Below are positions 37,192 to 48,699 of a DNA stretch of 64,000 nucleotides, piece after piece. A program made the position numbers and the translations under genes. Position 1 is the stretch's first letter. The number at the start of each line of letters is the position of its first letter. This DNA comes from the human T2T-CHM13v2.0 reference genome, Homo sapiens: assembly GCF_009914755.1 (NCBI RefSeq), contig NC_060926.1; one strand, 5' to 3'. A model generated the notes under the pieces. That model was given only the letters and a program-made list of their open reading frames with translations. It had not been told where the DNA came from and ran no database searches.

Positions 37192-37675
37192 TGTATTAGG
37201 GTTCTACAGAGAAGTAGAACCAAAAGTATGTGTGTGTATATATGTGTGTATGTAAGTGTGTGTATTATATATATAGTGAGAGAGTTTTGATTTTAAGAAA
37301 TGATTGTGGGGGCTGACAAGTTTGAAATTTTTAGGGCTGGCTGGCAGGCCATACATTTAAGCAACAGTTAATGTTTTAAGTTCAAAATCCACAGGGCAGG
37401 ACAACAGGCTGGAGGCTCAGGTAGGGTTTCTGTGTTGCAGTCTTGAGGGAGAATTGCTTCCTTTTCAGGAAACCTCAGTCTTTGCTCTTAGGGCTTTCAA
37501 CCGATTGGATAAGGCCCACCCACATTGTGGAGGGCAATCTGCTTCACTTAAAATCTATGGATTGTCAGTGTTAATTACATTCACAATACCTTCACAGCAG
37601 CATCTAGAGTAGTGTTTCACCAAATGACCGGGCACCGTAGTCTAGCCAAGTTGACACATGAAGTTAGCCATCATA
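37192..37675 (-). mobile_element. MLT2B-like ERVL solo LTR
   Basis: tgtattagggttctacagagaagtagaacc, internal TG/TA tract, ...gattggataaggcccacccacattgtggagggcaatctgc...ctagccaagttgacacatgaagttagccatca. Confidence 0.9.
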
Positions 37676-37694
37676 ATCTATTAAGCGTAAGCTA

Positions 37695-38115
37695 TGTCTT
37701 AGTCTGCTCTGGTTGCCATAACAAAATACCCTAAGACTGTGGGGGTTAAATAACAAGAATTTATTCATCACAATTCCAGAGCCTGGAAGTCCAAGATCAA
37801 GACTGCTAGCAAGGTCAGTGTCTAGTGAGGGTTTTCTCTGTGGATTACAGATGGTACCTTCTTGCTATGTCCTCACATGGCCTTCTGGCCTTCTTGGTGT
37901 GTGTGGGTTAAGAGAGAGAAACCAAGCTCTCTGGTGTCTGTTCTTATAAGGACACTAATTTCATCATGAGGGCATCATCCTCACGACCTCATCCAAATCT
38001 GATTACCTCCCAAAGGCTTCATCTCTAAATACCACCATATCGGGAGCTTGGGTTTCAACCGATGACTTTTTGTTGTTGTTAGTGGGGGTCGGGGGGGAAT
38101 TATTCAGTTCACAGA
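37695..38115 (-). mobile_element. MLT1A-like MaLR solo LTR
   Basis: tgtcttagtctgctctggttgccataacaaaatacc...gcctggaagtccaagatcaag...tcttataaggacactaat...gattacctcccaaaggc. Confidence 0.9.
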
Positions 38116-38410
38116 AACCTGCTTTGAACCCACCATGAATCTGTTACATTAATATAAGCCCTCAGTCTTTATATTAGGCCTGCTGGCCTTGAATGAATGT
38201 ATCCCCAGCTACATGGCAGCATGAATACAGCAACCTGTATTCATTTTTTAACATTTTTTAACATCTTTTAACTTTTATTTGTAGTCCTTTGTAGAGTGCC
38301 TCTCTTGGTAAATGGAGTACAGTAGCTCAGTATAGCTAGAAGTTAAAGTTAGAATTGTTTCACTATGAAATAGATCATCACTGCTATAGGTGCCATTTAA
38401 AGAGAATCAG

Positions 38411-38470
38411 TTACACCAGCTATTTAACATCATATAGACCTTACACCAGCTATTTAACATCATATAGACC
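38411..38470. repeat. Perfect 30-bp tandem duplication
   Basis: TTACACCAGCTATTTAACATCATATAGACC x2. Confidence 0.97.
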
Positions 38471-39228
38471 ACTCATTTTATTTAATAAATTTTCACTTTT
38501 TCGCTGTTTGTCCACATTCTGTATTTACATCACGTGGCAAAGAGTGAAAAATGGAAATTAGGACAGAGCTTTCTACTATTGACCAATACTGAGCCTGAAT
38601 ACAGGGACCCATGTAATGTTCTAGTTTTAATCCGGCTTTAGAGTGCTGACTGTCTGATGTAATATTTTGTAAACATATACATCCCTGTATACTCTTGGTA
38701 TTATTTATCTTCATCATGACCTTTATACCTAGATTGATCTGTGATAAGTTAGAGCTTGTTCTGTTATTTTTACCCATAAGCAAAAGCCAAATCCTTTCTC
38801 ACTTCTGAGAATCAGGAGGCAAAAGTTCATCACGAATCTTCTGAGTAAATCTGCCCTTTTGTTTTGGTATTTTTGTAGGTCCCTTTTTGCTAATTAGGAG
38901 AAAAGACTGAGTCAGAGCATGAAGATCCTATGGGCTAGCCTCATGATGTTTCCTCACCCTCTATAAGTATCCTGTTTAAATTTGGCTCAAGAAAGAAGGA
39001 TTTCACAGTTAATCAATTTACTCAGATTGGTAGCTTTGAGGGAATTTTACATCATATGAAATAGATTTGGGGCGTCTCCCCTCCTTATATTCCTATTAGG
39101 TAAATTTAGAAACTCATTAATTTTTTTCTTACTGGAACTTCTGAGTATAGATATAAAATTATTCCCAGGAATATGGCAATTTCAGGATTGGCTAACAAGG
39201 TTATGGACCTAGAAACATATTTTTGAGT

Positions 39229-39273
39229 GCTTTTTATTTTGCTTACTGGCTTTTTATTTTGCTTACTGGCTTT
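39229..39273. repeat. 20-bp tandem duplication
   Basis: GCTTTTTATTTTGCTTACTG x2 plus GCTTT. Confidence 0.93.
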
Positions 39274-39329
39274 ACTTTCTGAAGATGACTGGCTAGAGGG
39301 GCCCAGGGTGGTTTTTATGCTTTGGTGAG

Positions 39330-39691
39330 TGATTCGGTTTGACTGTATCCCCACCCAAATCTCATCTTGAATTGTAACTCCTGAAATTCCCACGTGTCGT
39401 AGGAGGAACTGGTGGGAGGTGATTGAATTATGGGGGCAAGTCTTTCCTGTGCTAATCTCATGGTAGTGAATGAGTCTCACGAGATCTGATGGTTTCATGA
39501 GGGGAAACCCATTTAGCTTGGCTCTCATTCTCTCTCTTGCCGCTGCCACGTGAGATGTGCCTTTCACCTTCCACCATGATTGTGAGGCCTCCCCAGCCAC
39601 TTGGAACTGTAAGTCCAATAAACCTCTTTGTTTTGTAAATTGCCCAGTCTCTGATATGTCTTTGTCAGCAGCGTGAAAATGGACTAATACA
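39330..39691 (+). mobile_element. THE1C-like MaLR solo LTR
   Basis: tgattcggtttgactgtatccccacccaaatctcatcttgaattgt...gcgtgaaaatggactaataca; perfect 5-bp TSD GTGAG (39325-39329, 39692-39696). Confidence 0.95.
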
Positions 39692-39700
39692 GTGAGTGTA

Positions 39701-39778
39701 TTTTTTTTAACTTTTATTTTAAGTTTGGGGTACAAGTGCAGGTTTGTTATGTACGTAAACTTGTGTCATGGGGTTTAT
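39701..39778 (-). mobile_element. Short L1PA (L1PA10-13-like) 3' stub
   Basis: ttttaacttttattttaagtttggggtacaagtgcaggtttgttatgtacgtaaacttgtgtcatgggg; TGTATTTT on both flanks. Confidence 0.85.
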
Positions 39779-40604
39779 TGTATTTTAACTTGAAGGTTGA
39801 TGTACATCTGGATTGCAAATGCAAACCAGTGAGTGATGGCTTAGCCAGGCATCGTCTGTTCCAGCAGTGAACTTCGTTTTCAGCATCTAGCCAGTGCTAA
39901 CTAAGGACACTAGGGTCTTAGAATTACTACACAGCCTGAGGAGCAGAGAAGATAGTCTCCCAATCCTCCAAGAACAGGCCAGCTCTAAACTGCTTTGAGC
40001 TGCTGGGACTCTCTGAGGCCGCAGAGTCCTCTCTTTCTGATTATTCTTTTTTTGCTTTGATGACTTTTTTCATTCTTTCACAATAGCTCAGCAGCTTAAA
40101 TGAGGAAGCTGGATCCTGGGTACCAAGTTGCCAACTTCCTTGATGGGAAGTTTCTACCTATGCCTTTTATGTCTGTTTTCTAATAATTAGGAAGTGGGAA
40201 AGGAGGTAAAATTTAAGAATCATCTTTCATGACCTATCATCTTGCAGACATGATTAAGCCATTCAGAACAGATTGTTGGTTGTTTTTCTCCTGAAAACTC
40301 TTTGGGAACAGAAAACCCAAAACGTCCTTCATTTTCTTCTCTTCTTCTTTAAGTTAAGCCCCTTTCCACAGAGATCCTGCATGGACACATTAAACATAGA
40401 ATTTTAGAGCTGAAAAAAAACCTTTAGAGATTCTTTTTTCTTTCCATTTGACACTGGAGACATGGAAGCATTAAAAAACCACATGACTTGTTTAAAGTTA
40501 TAGGTCAGTACCCTAACTTTGACTTGCTATGTGATAATTGCTTCAGACATTACATTTCATAATTTTCTGAAACCCTCGATAGACTTCATATCTTCATTGG
40601 TAAA

Positions 40605-41105
40605 TTCACTTATTCCTTCCTCTAACATTTCCTAAGCACCCTCTGTATAAGGCACTCTGCCCAGCATAGGGAATGCTAACATGAGTAAGACGAGACTGTA
40701 GCCCTTAGGCGCAGAGTCTCCTAAGGAGCTGCCCCTTAATGTTTTCTTCTTGGAAAATGCCATAATGTAGTGAAAGTAGCACTTACCTCCCCTAGGTTCT
40801 ACAAGATGGTGACCCTTGTGCTGAGTTTGGGAAGATAAGCTGGAGTAACTCAAAGACATTAGGAAGGGACGTATTGGACCAACAGAGCAGCATGCATGGA
40901 AAGCAACAGAGGCCACAGGTTCCAGACAGCTTGGCATGGGTGGGATTAGGTGAGCATGTGTGAACATGGGGGAGATGAGGCTGGGGAGGCCATACCTTCA
41001 AAGACCTTGCCATTGGATATGCTGGCCTAGAGCTCAGGACATTAGTACTGGCTAGAGATGCAAGTAGGTGGCTGTCGGTATAGAAGTGTCATTAGAACCT
41101 GTGTG
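40605..41105 (-). mobile_element. L2 relic
   Basis: taacatttcctaagcaccctctgtataaggcactctgcc...gatgaggctggggaggcca...agctcaggacattagtactggctagagatg. Confidence 0.6.
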
Positions 41106-41492
41106 TCTTTAGTGTCTTTCCCCCATGCCAGAGTGTCTGGATCCTCTATATTGGTTTGAGTAGTGTCTTCACTCTCCTCCCCTTTTTAATGAATAAAATC
41201 AAGAAAATGATTTCCTCATAAATGAACTGGACTTTTTTTTTTCTTTTAAGTCTGAATGGGTCTGGGTACATAACATAAAATGGTTTTATTTATTCTTCAT
41301 TATATCCTTCAACTGTGCTGTGTTGAATTGCTTTTTGATGTGTTTTAATGATATCTCATGCATGTCCCAGAGCTTTCTGGTCACTTTTAGACGCATAGCA
41401 AAGTCCAATTCTGTCTTTTCCAGCTGAATACTTCAATCTGATATCTGGTTCAAGGATCATCTTATCATTTTGTCCTTCTCAACTCAGTCTGA

Positions 41493-41881
<389 letters not shown>

Positions 41882-42204
41882 TAGTGTGTGTGTTAGGGAT
41901 CAACAGGAGGCACGAGGGGGAAGGAACAAACCATCTCCTTCTTAACTGATGAAACTACTGCCAAGGATCAACATTCTTGAGGTGGCCCAAGGCCAGCTGT
42001 GATTTGCCAGGGGGCCTTTGGAGGCTCTGTGCTCCACAGTCCCCTCTCTTCTGGTCTGTGTCTGTATCCTTGTTAGCATGAAGCTTAATGGACTGTGAAC
42101 TAGAAAGTTGACCTTCCAGCAGACTCAGTTTAGGTGTGTGGCTAGTATTATCTTCTCAAGGTCTTTGGGAATTTGCATTGCATTTCCAAAGCCCTGGACA
42201 GGCT

Positions 42205-42468
42205 TTTTAAAAAAAATTTTATGGAGTTATAATTCACATATGCAGTTCACCCACTTAAAAATATATAATCCAATGGTTTTCAGTTTGTTCACAGAGTTGT
42301 ACAACCACCACACAATTTTAAAACATATTCATAACCCCCCAAAGAACCTCCATAACCATTAATAGTCATTCCTTATTTCTCCCCCTCCCACCACCTATTT
42401 CTCCCCTTCACCCCTGGCTCCAGGCAATCGCTTCTCTACTTTCTGTCTCTATAAACTTGCCTATTCTG
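42205..42468 (-). mobile_element. L1MB 3'UTR fragment
   Basis: ataattcacatatgcagttcacccacttaaa...ttcacagagttgtacaaccacc...ctactttctgtctctataaacttgcctattctg. Confidence 0.82.
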
Positions 42469-42474
42469 CAATGT

Positions 42475-42890
42475 AAAAAATATTTCTACTATTTTAACTG
42501 TAATTATATATCCTTTGATCAACATCTCCTTCCTCTGCTCTAACCACCCAAGCTTTTGGTAACCATCATTTGTATTGTGTTCTTCTATGAGATCAACTTT
42601 TTTAGACTCCACATATGAGTGAGATTATGTGGTATTTATTTTTCTGTGCCTGGGTTATTTCACTTACTATATTGTCCTCTAGATTCATTCCTGTTGCTGC
42701 AAATACAGGAATAAAATGAAATAAAAAGAATGAAATCTTTTTAATGACTGAGCAATATTCCATTGGGTATATATACCTGTTTTCTTTATTCATTCACTGA
42801 TAGAAATGTAGGTTAATTTCATATCTTGGATATTGTGAAAAGTGCTGGAATAAACATGTGAATGCAGACTTCTCTTTGATACACTGATTT
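42475..42890 (-). mobile_element. L1MA 3'UTR/ORF2-end fragment
   Basis: ttctatgagatcaacttttttagactccacatatgagtgagattatg; ORF 42602-42793 resembles the ORF2 C-terminus (GMNLEDNIVSEITQAQKNKYH). Confidence 0.85.
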
Positions 42891-43421
42891 TAACAAAGTT
42901 GGTGCTGTTAATACAGGTTATTTCCCATGGAGCAAAATTGCCTAATCCTTAAATCTAAAACCTGAAAGAATAAGAAATTCAAAAGGAATATGGCATTTTA
43001 AAATTCCTCGTGAACTACATACTATCCTCACCCCCCCACCTCTAAACACAAGGCATGAATTCACTTAACGTATTGTGTCTCTCTCTCTTAGAACCTTTTC
43101 ACTCCCTCTAGCACTTTTGAGTTTCATAGAATTTGATGGTTCATGCACTTGTGCTGGCCTAGCATCTAGAGTTGGCTCTCTGTGGGCCAGCTGGGCAAAG
43201 GCCCTTCCTTCTTTACTTCAAGGTTTTGCAGCTCAGCTAGAGTCATTACCCTTTTTGAACCTTGGCTTTTTAATCCATTATAAGAGCAATTTAGATCTTA
43301 TTTAAAGACGTCTCAAGTTCAGTTTACTTGTGTTTGAAAATGCATCATAGCTTTAGGTGAGCCATTTCTTAGTCAATGAGAGTGAGATGCTTAAAGACCC
43401 AAGTATTAAGTTATAAGTAAT

Positions 43422-43606
43422 TATAGTACTATAATTGCTTGACCGTCCATAGTACATGCCGAACCAAACTTCACGTTAATTCCTCCTCACCATGCTTACA
43501 AGCAAGAACTGAAATACCTTAATTAACTATAACACATCAAATCCAACACTCCAAAGACAATCCCCTCCCCCAAGCATACCAACTAATACGACAAATCCTT
43601 AAGAGT
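43422..43606 (+). other. NUMT: nuclear copy of mitochondrial control region (HVS-I/TAS segment, approx. m.16125-16305)
   Basis: Collinear anchors to recalled human mtDNA: CTTGACC, TAGTACAT, CCATGCTTACAAGCAAG (43490-43506), AACTAT.ACACATCAA, ACTCCAAAG, ATACCAAC, CCTTAA.AGT; A/C-rich and G-poor like the mt L-strand. Confidence 0.88.
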
Positions 43607-45473
43607 TAGGATCCAGCTACTGAGAGAATCACTTGTTATTTAGTGTTAGAGAGAGTGTTAAAAAACAATGAGGTGGAGGTGGGAGGCAATGATGTTAGCA
43701 CATACATCTAACAGAAAAGTTATTTCTGGCCCATTCTCTCTCTCTCCCTCACAAACTTTTGGTGAGGAAGTAGTACTACATGTTAATAAAGTTATATTAT
43801 TGACTAGTTTCACTCATAAAGTAAACTTCAGATTATCCTTTGACATTAGAAATTAATATTTATAGGATGTTGGAGCCACCAGAAATCCTAGATTCTTACT
43901 TTTTTTAGGTGAAATTTTAAACAAAGTGAAATACATATATTGTGAGTATATAATTTGATGAGTTTTGGCCAAGAGTATGTCCACGTAACCAATACTTAAA
44001 TAAAGATTTAGAACATTTCCATCACCCCCAAAAGTTACCTTTTACCCTCTTACAGTGAATCTCTAAACCATTTAGGTGGCCACTATTCTTATTTATATCA
44101 CATACATTAGTTTTACCTGTTCTTGAGCTTAAAGTAAACAGAACCATACAGTATTTACTTGTGTATCTGGATTCTTTCACTGAACATAATGGTTTTGAGA
44201 TTAAGCCATGTTGTTGCATGTATTATCTGTTCATTTTTTAAAAAATATTTTTTCTATTCAAATGTGTACCAATTTGTTTATATACGGTTTTGTTGATGGG
44301 ACTTGGGTTCTTTCTAGTTTTTGGCTGTTCTGAATAAAGTCATGGACATACAAGTCTTTTTGTGGATATTGTATTTTCATTTCTTCTGGATGAGTACCTA
44401 GGAATAGAATTGCAAGTCATAGGGTAGGTGTGTATTGAACTTTATAAAAAACTGCCAAATAGCTTCTGAAAGTGGTTATATCATCTTACACTCCCATCAT
44501 AAGTGTTTGAAAATTCCAGTTGTTCCACATCCCTCATACACATTTGGTATGGTAAGGCTTTTTTATTTTAGCCATTCTAGTGGGTATATAACAGTGTCCT
44601 AAAGATTTTGTTTGCATTTCTCTGATGAATAATGAAGTTGCATATCAGCCATTTGTGGTCTTTTTTAGTGAAGTGTCTGTTCATGGATTTTGCCTTTTTT
44701 GATTAGCTGTTTATCTTTTTCATGAATTTTTAGAGTTCTTTATATATTCTGTAATCAAGTATTTTTTCAAAGCTATATACATATTTGTCAGATATATGTA
44801 AATAATAGTGAATAAGAATGTTTTCTCTCAATCTGTAGCTTGACCTGTCATTTTCTTAGTGGTGTTTAGATGAAGAAGAATCCTTAATTTTGATGAAGTT
44901 CAGTATATCCATTTAAAAATTTTGTGGTCTGTACTTGTATCCTAAGAAATCTTTGCATACTCTAAGATTGCAAATGTTATTCCCTATGTTTTTAACTACA
45001 ACTTTAATTATTTTAGATTTCATCTTTAGGTCTGTGATCCATTTTGTTATTATTATTAGTTCCTAACATGTGAGGAAAATTTTGAGAGTTTTTTTTTTAT
45101 GGATATCGAGGTACAATTTGTTGAAAAGACTGTTCTTTCCTCCATTGAATTACCTTGGCACCCTTGTCAAAGATCAATTGGCCATATATGTGTGGATCTT
45201 TTTTTAGATTCTGTTGTTATGTTTGTCTGTCCTTACATTAATACAACACTGTCTTGATAACTGTAGCTTTGTAGTAAGTCCTGAAATCAAATAGTGTGAG
45301 TCCTCTACATTTTTGTTGTTGTTGATTAAGATTATTTCAACAATTTGAGGTCAAGTATATATTAAAGTAATTGTATCAATTTCTACAAAGAAAGACTGAT
45401 GTTTTGATTTGGATTGTGTTGTGTCTATATATTTTAATAATATGAAATCTTCTCATTGACTTTTCATTTATTT

Positions 45474-45769
<296 letters not shown>

Positions 45770-47339
45770 ATACTTTTCATTTATTTGGACTGCTTTAATT
45801 TCTCTTAGCAGTGTTTTGTACTTTATAGAATAGTAGCACTGCACATCTTTTGTTAAATTCATTCCTAATGACTTAATTTTTATAGTATTGTTAATGGTAC
45901 TAAAATGTTTTCTTTTTTTCTTCTAGTATATAGAAATACACAGTTGATTTTTATATATTGACCTTGTATCCTACGACAATATTAAATTCTTTTATTCTAG
46001 TAGATATTTAGTAAAATATTTAGGATTTTTATGTAAACAATCATGTATCTGCAAATAAAGACAGTTTTACTTCTTACTTTCCAATATGTGTAGTTTATTT
46101 ATTTTTATTGTGTTGATGTACATACTCAGAACTCAAATGCTATACTCGGTAGAAGTACTCTACTCATCTACTGATCTTAGAGGAAAAGCATTCAGTATTT
46201 CACAGTGTTACTTGTCACTTTTTGTAGATATTCTTCATAATGTTCTTCCTTCTATTCCAGTCTCTTGGGAGTTTTTCTTAAAATCATGAATAGGTGTTAA
46301 TTTTGTCAAATTTTTTGGTGACTGTGGTGACAATATGGCTTTTCTTCTTTATTACACTAAAATGTGTTACACTGATTCACTTTGACTGTTCAAACTTATT
46401 TTTTGAATAAATTCCACTTGGTTATGAAAGTTTCTTTTCTAACATTTGCTGGTTTTGGATTTACTATTACTTTCACCAGATTTGCTTTTTGATTCTTTTG
46501 GTCTATTTTTATGATGAATTCTGATATGTAACTTTTAAACATAAAATGGTTCTTTGGTTGGTTTTTGGCATTAGAGTTATGCTGATTCTTCTTGAATCAA
46601 TGTTGGTAACTTGTATTTTTCAAGGAAATCTATTTCATTTACATTAGTAAAATTACTGGTATGAGTTGTGATATCTGTAGGATCTGTAATGACATATCTT
46701 TCTGACATTTCCAATTTGTATTATTTTCTTATTTTGATCTGTATTGATAGTAGTTTGTCAATTTCACTGATCTTTCCAATGAACAAACTTTAGCTTTGTT
46801 AGTTTTGTCTATTGTTTGTGCGTTTTCTACTTAAGTTAATTTGTATTACCTATATCATTTTCTTCTATTTACTCTGGGTCTAATTTTCTTGTCTTTTTCC
46901 ATAGCTTCTTAAAAAGGAAACTTAAATCACTGATTTTAAACCTTTTATCTTTTCTAAGTATTTAAAACTCTACATTTCCCTCTAAGCATTGCTTTATTTA
47001 CATCTCATAAATTTTGATATACTGTATTTTTGTCATTCATTACTTTCTATTTCCCTGTGATTTTTTTCTTTGATAAATAGGTTATTTACAAATGTGTTGT
47101 TTAATTTTTAAATACTTGGGCATTGCTAGATATCCTTATTGATTTCTAGTTTATTTCTATTGTTTTCCCATATTATGATCTATAATATTTCAACATTTTT
47201 GAAATTTATTATGTCTTTTATTGCTCTTTCTTGATTGATATTCTGTTTGCACTTGACAGAATCTGAATTCTACATTTCTGAATATAGTGATTTCTAAATG
47301 TTCTTCAAGTCATATTGATTGATAACGTTCAAATCTTCT

Positions 47340-47632
47340 TATTTTTTTTGAGACGGAGTTTCACTCTTGTTGCCCAGGTTGGAGTGCAGTGGCGTGATCT
47401 AGGCTCACTGCAACCTCAGCCTTCCAGATTCAAGTGATTTTCCTGCCTCAGCCTCCTGAGTAGCTGGGATTACAGGTGTGCACCACCAGGCCCAGCTAAT
47501 TTTTCTATTTTTAGTAGAGATGGAGTTTCACCATGTTGGCCAGGCTGGTCTTGAACTCCTGACCTTAAGTGATCCACCTGCCTTGGCCTCCCAAACTGCC
47601 AGGATTACAGGCGTGAGCCACCATGCCCAGCC
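47340..47632 (-). mobile_element. AluSq-like
   Basis: gagtttcactcttgttgccc diagnostic; TSD CAAATCTTCT at 47330-47339 and 47633-47642. Confidence 0.96.
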
Positions 47633-47870
47633 CAAATCTTCTAAATCCTTACTAATGTTTGGTTTGCTCTTGTGTGTTTGTCTCTCTGCCTTTAGTTCTA
47701 TCAGCTTCTTTTATTTTGAAGTTCTTTTCTTATGCACATAAGTATTTATAACTGATAAGTATTTACAACTTATCTTCCAAAAAAGTTGACCTTTTAATCA
47801 TTATGAATTGTCTTTCATTATCTACAATAATAATCCTTGTCTTAAAGACTATTTTTTGTTATTAACATAA

Positions 47871-48558
<688 letters not shown>

Positions 48559-48645
48559 CTTATCTACACTTCATGTTTAAGAATTTTTTATTATATAATT
48601 ACATTTTACTCCCCTGGCTTTTGTGTTATGTCATATATTTTACTT

Positions 48646-48699
48646 CTATATGCATTATAAACCCTATACTATATGCATTATGAACCCTATACTATATGC
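48646..48699. repeat. 23-bp tandem duplication (1 mismatch)
   Basis: CTATATGCATTATAAACCCTATA / CTATATGCATTATGAACCCTATA / CTATATGC. Confidence 0.9.

Noticed and set aside
39106-39735. Longest ORF in the window (209 aa, - strand)
   Set aside because: It runs from an L1 stub through the antisense THE1C LTR and a 20-bp duplication: a chance read-through of repeats.
43005-43075. A/C-rich patch upstream of the NUMT considered as a second mtDNA fragment
   Set aside because: I could not place any convincing anchor on mtDNA; it is too short to call without BLAST.
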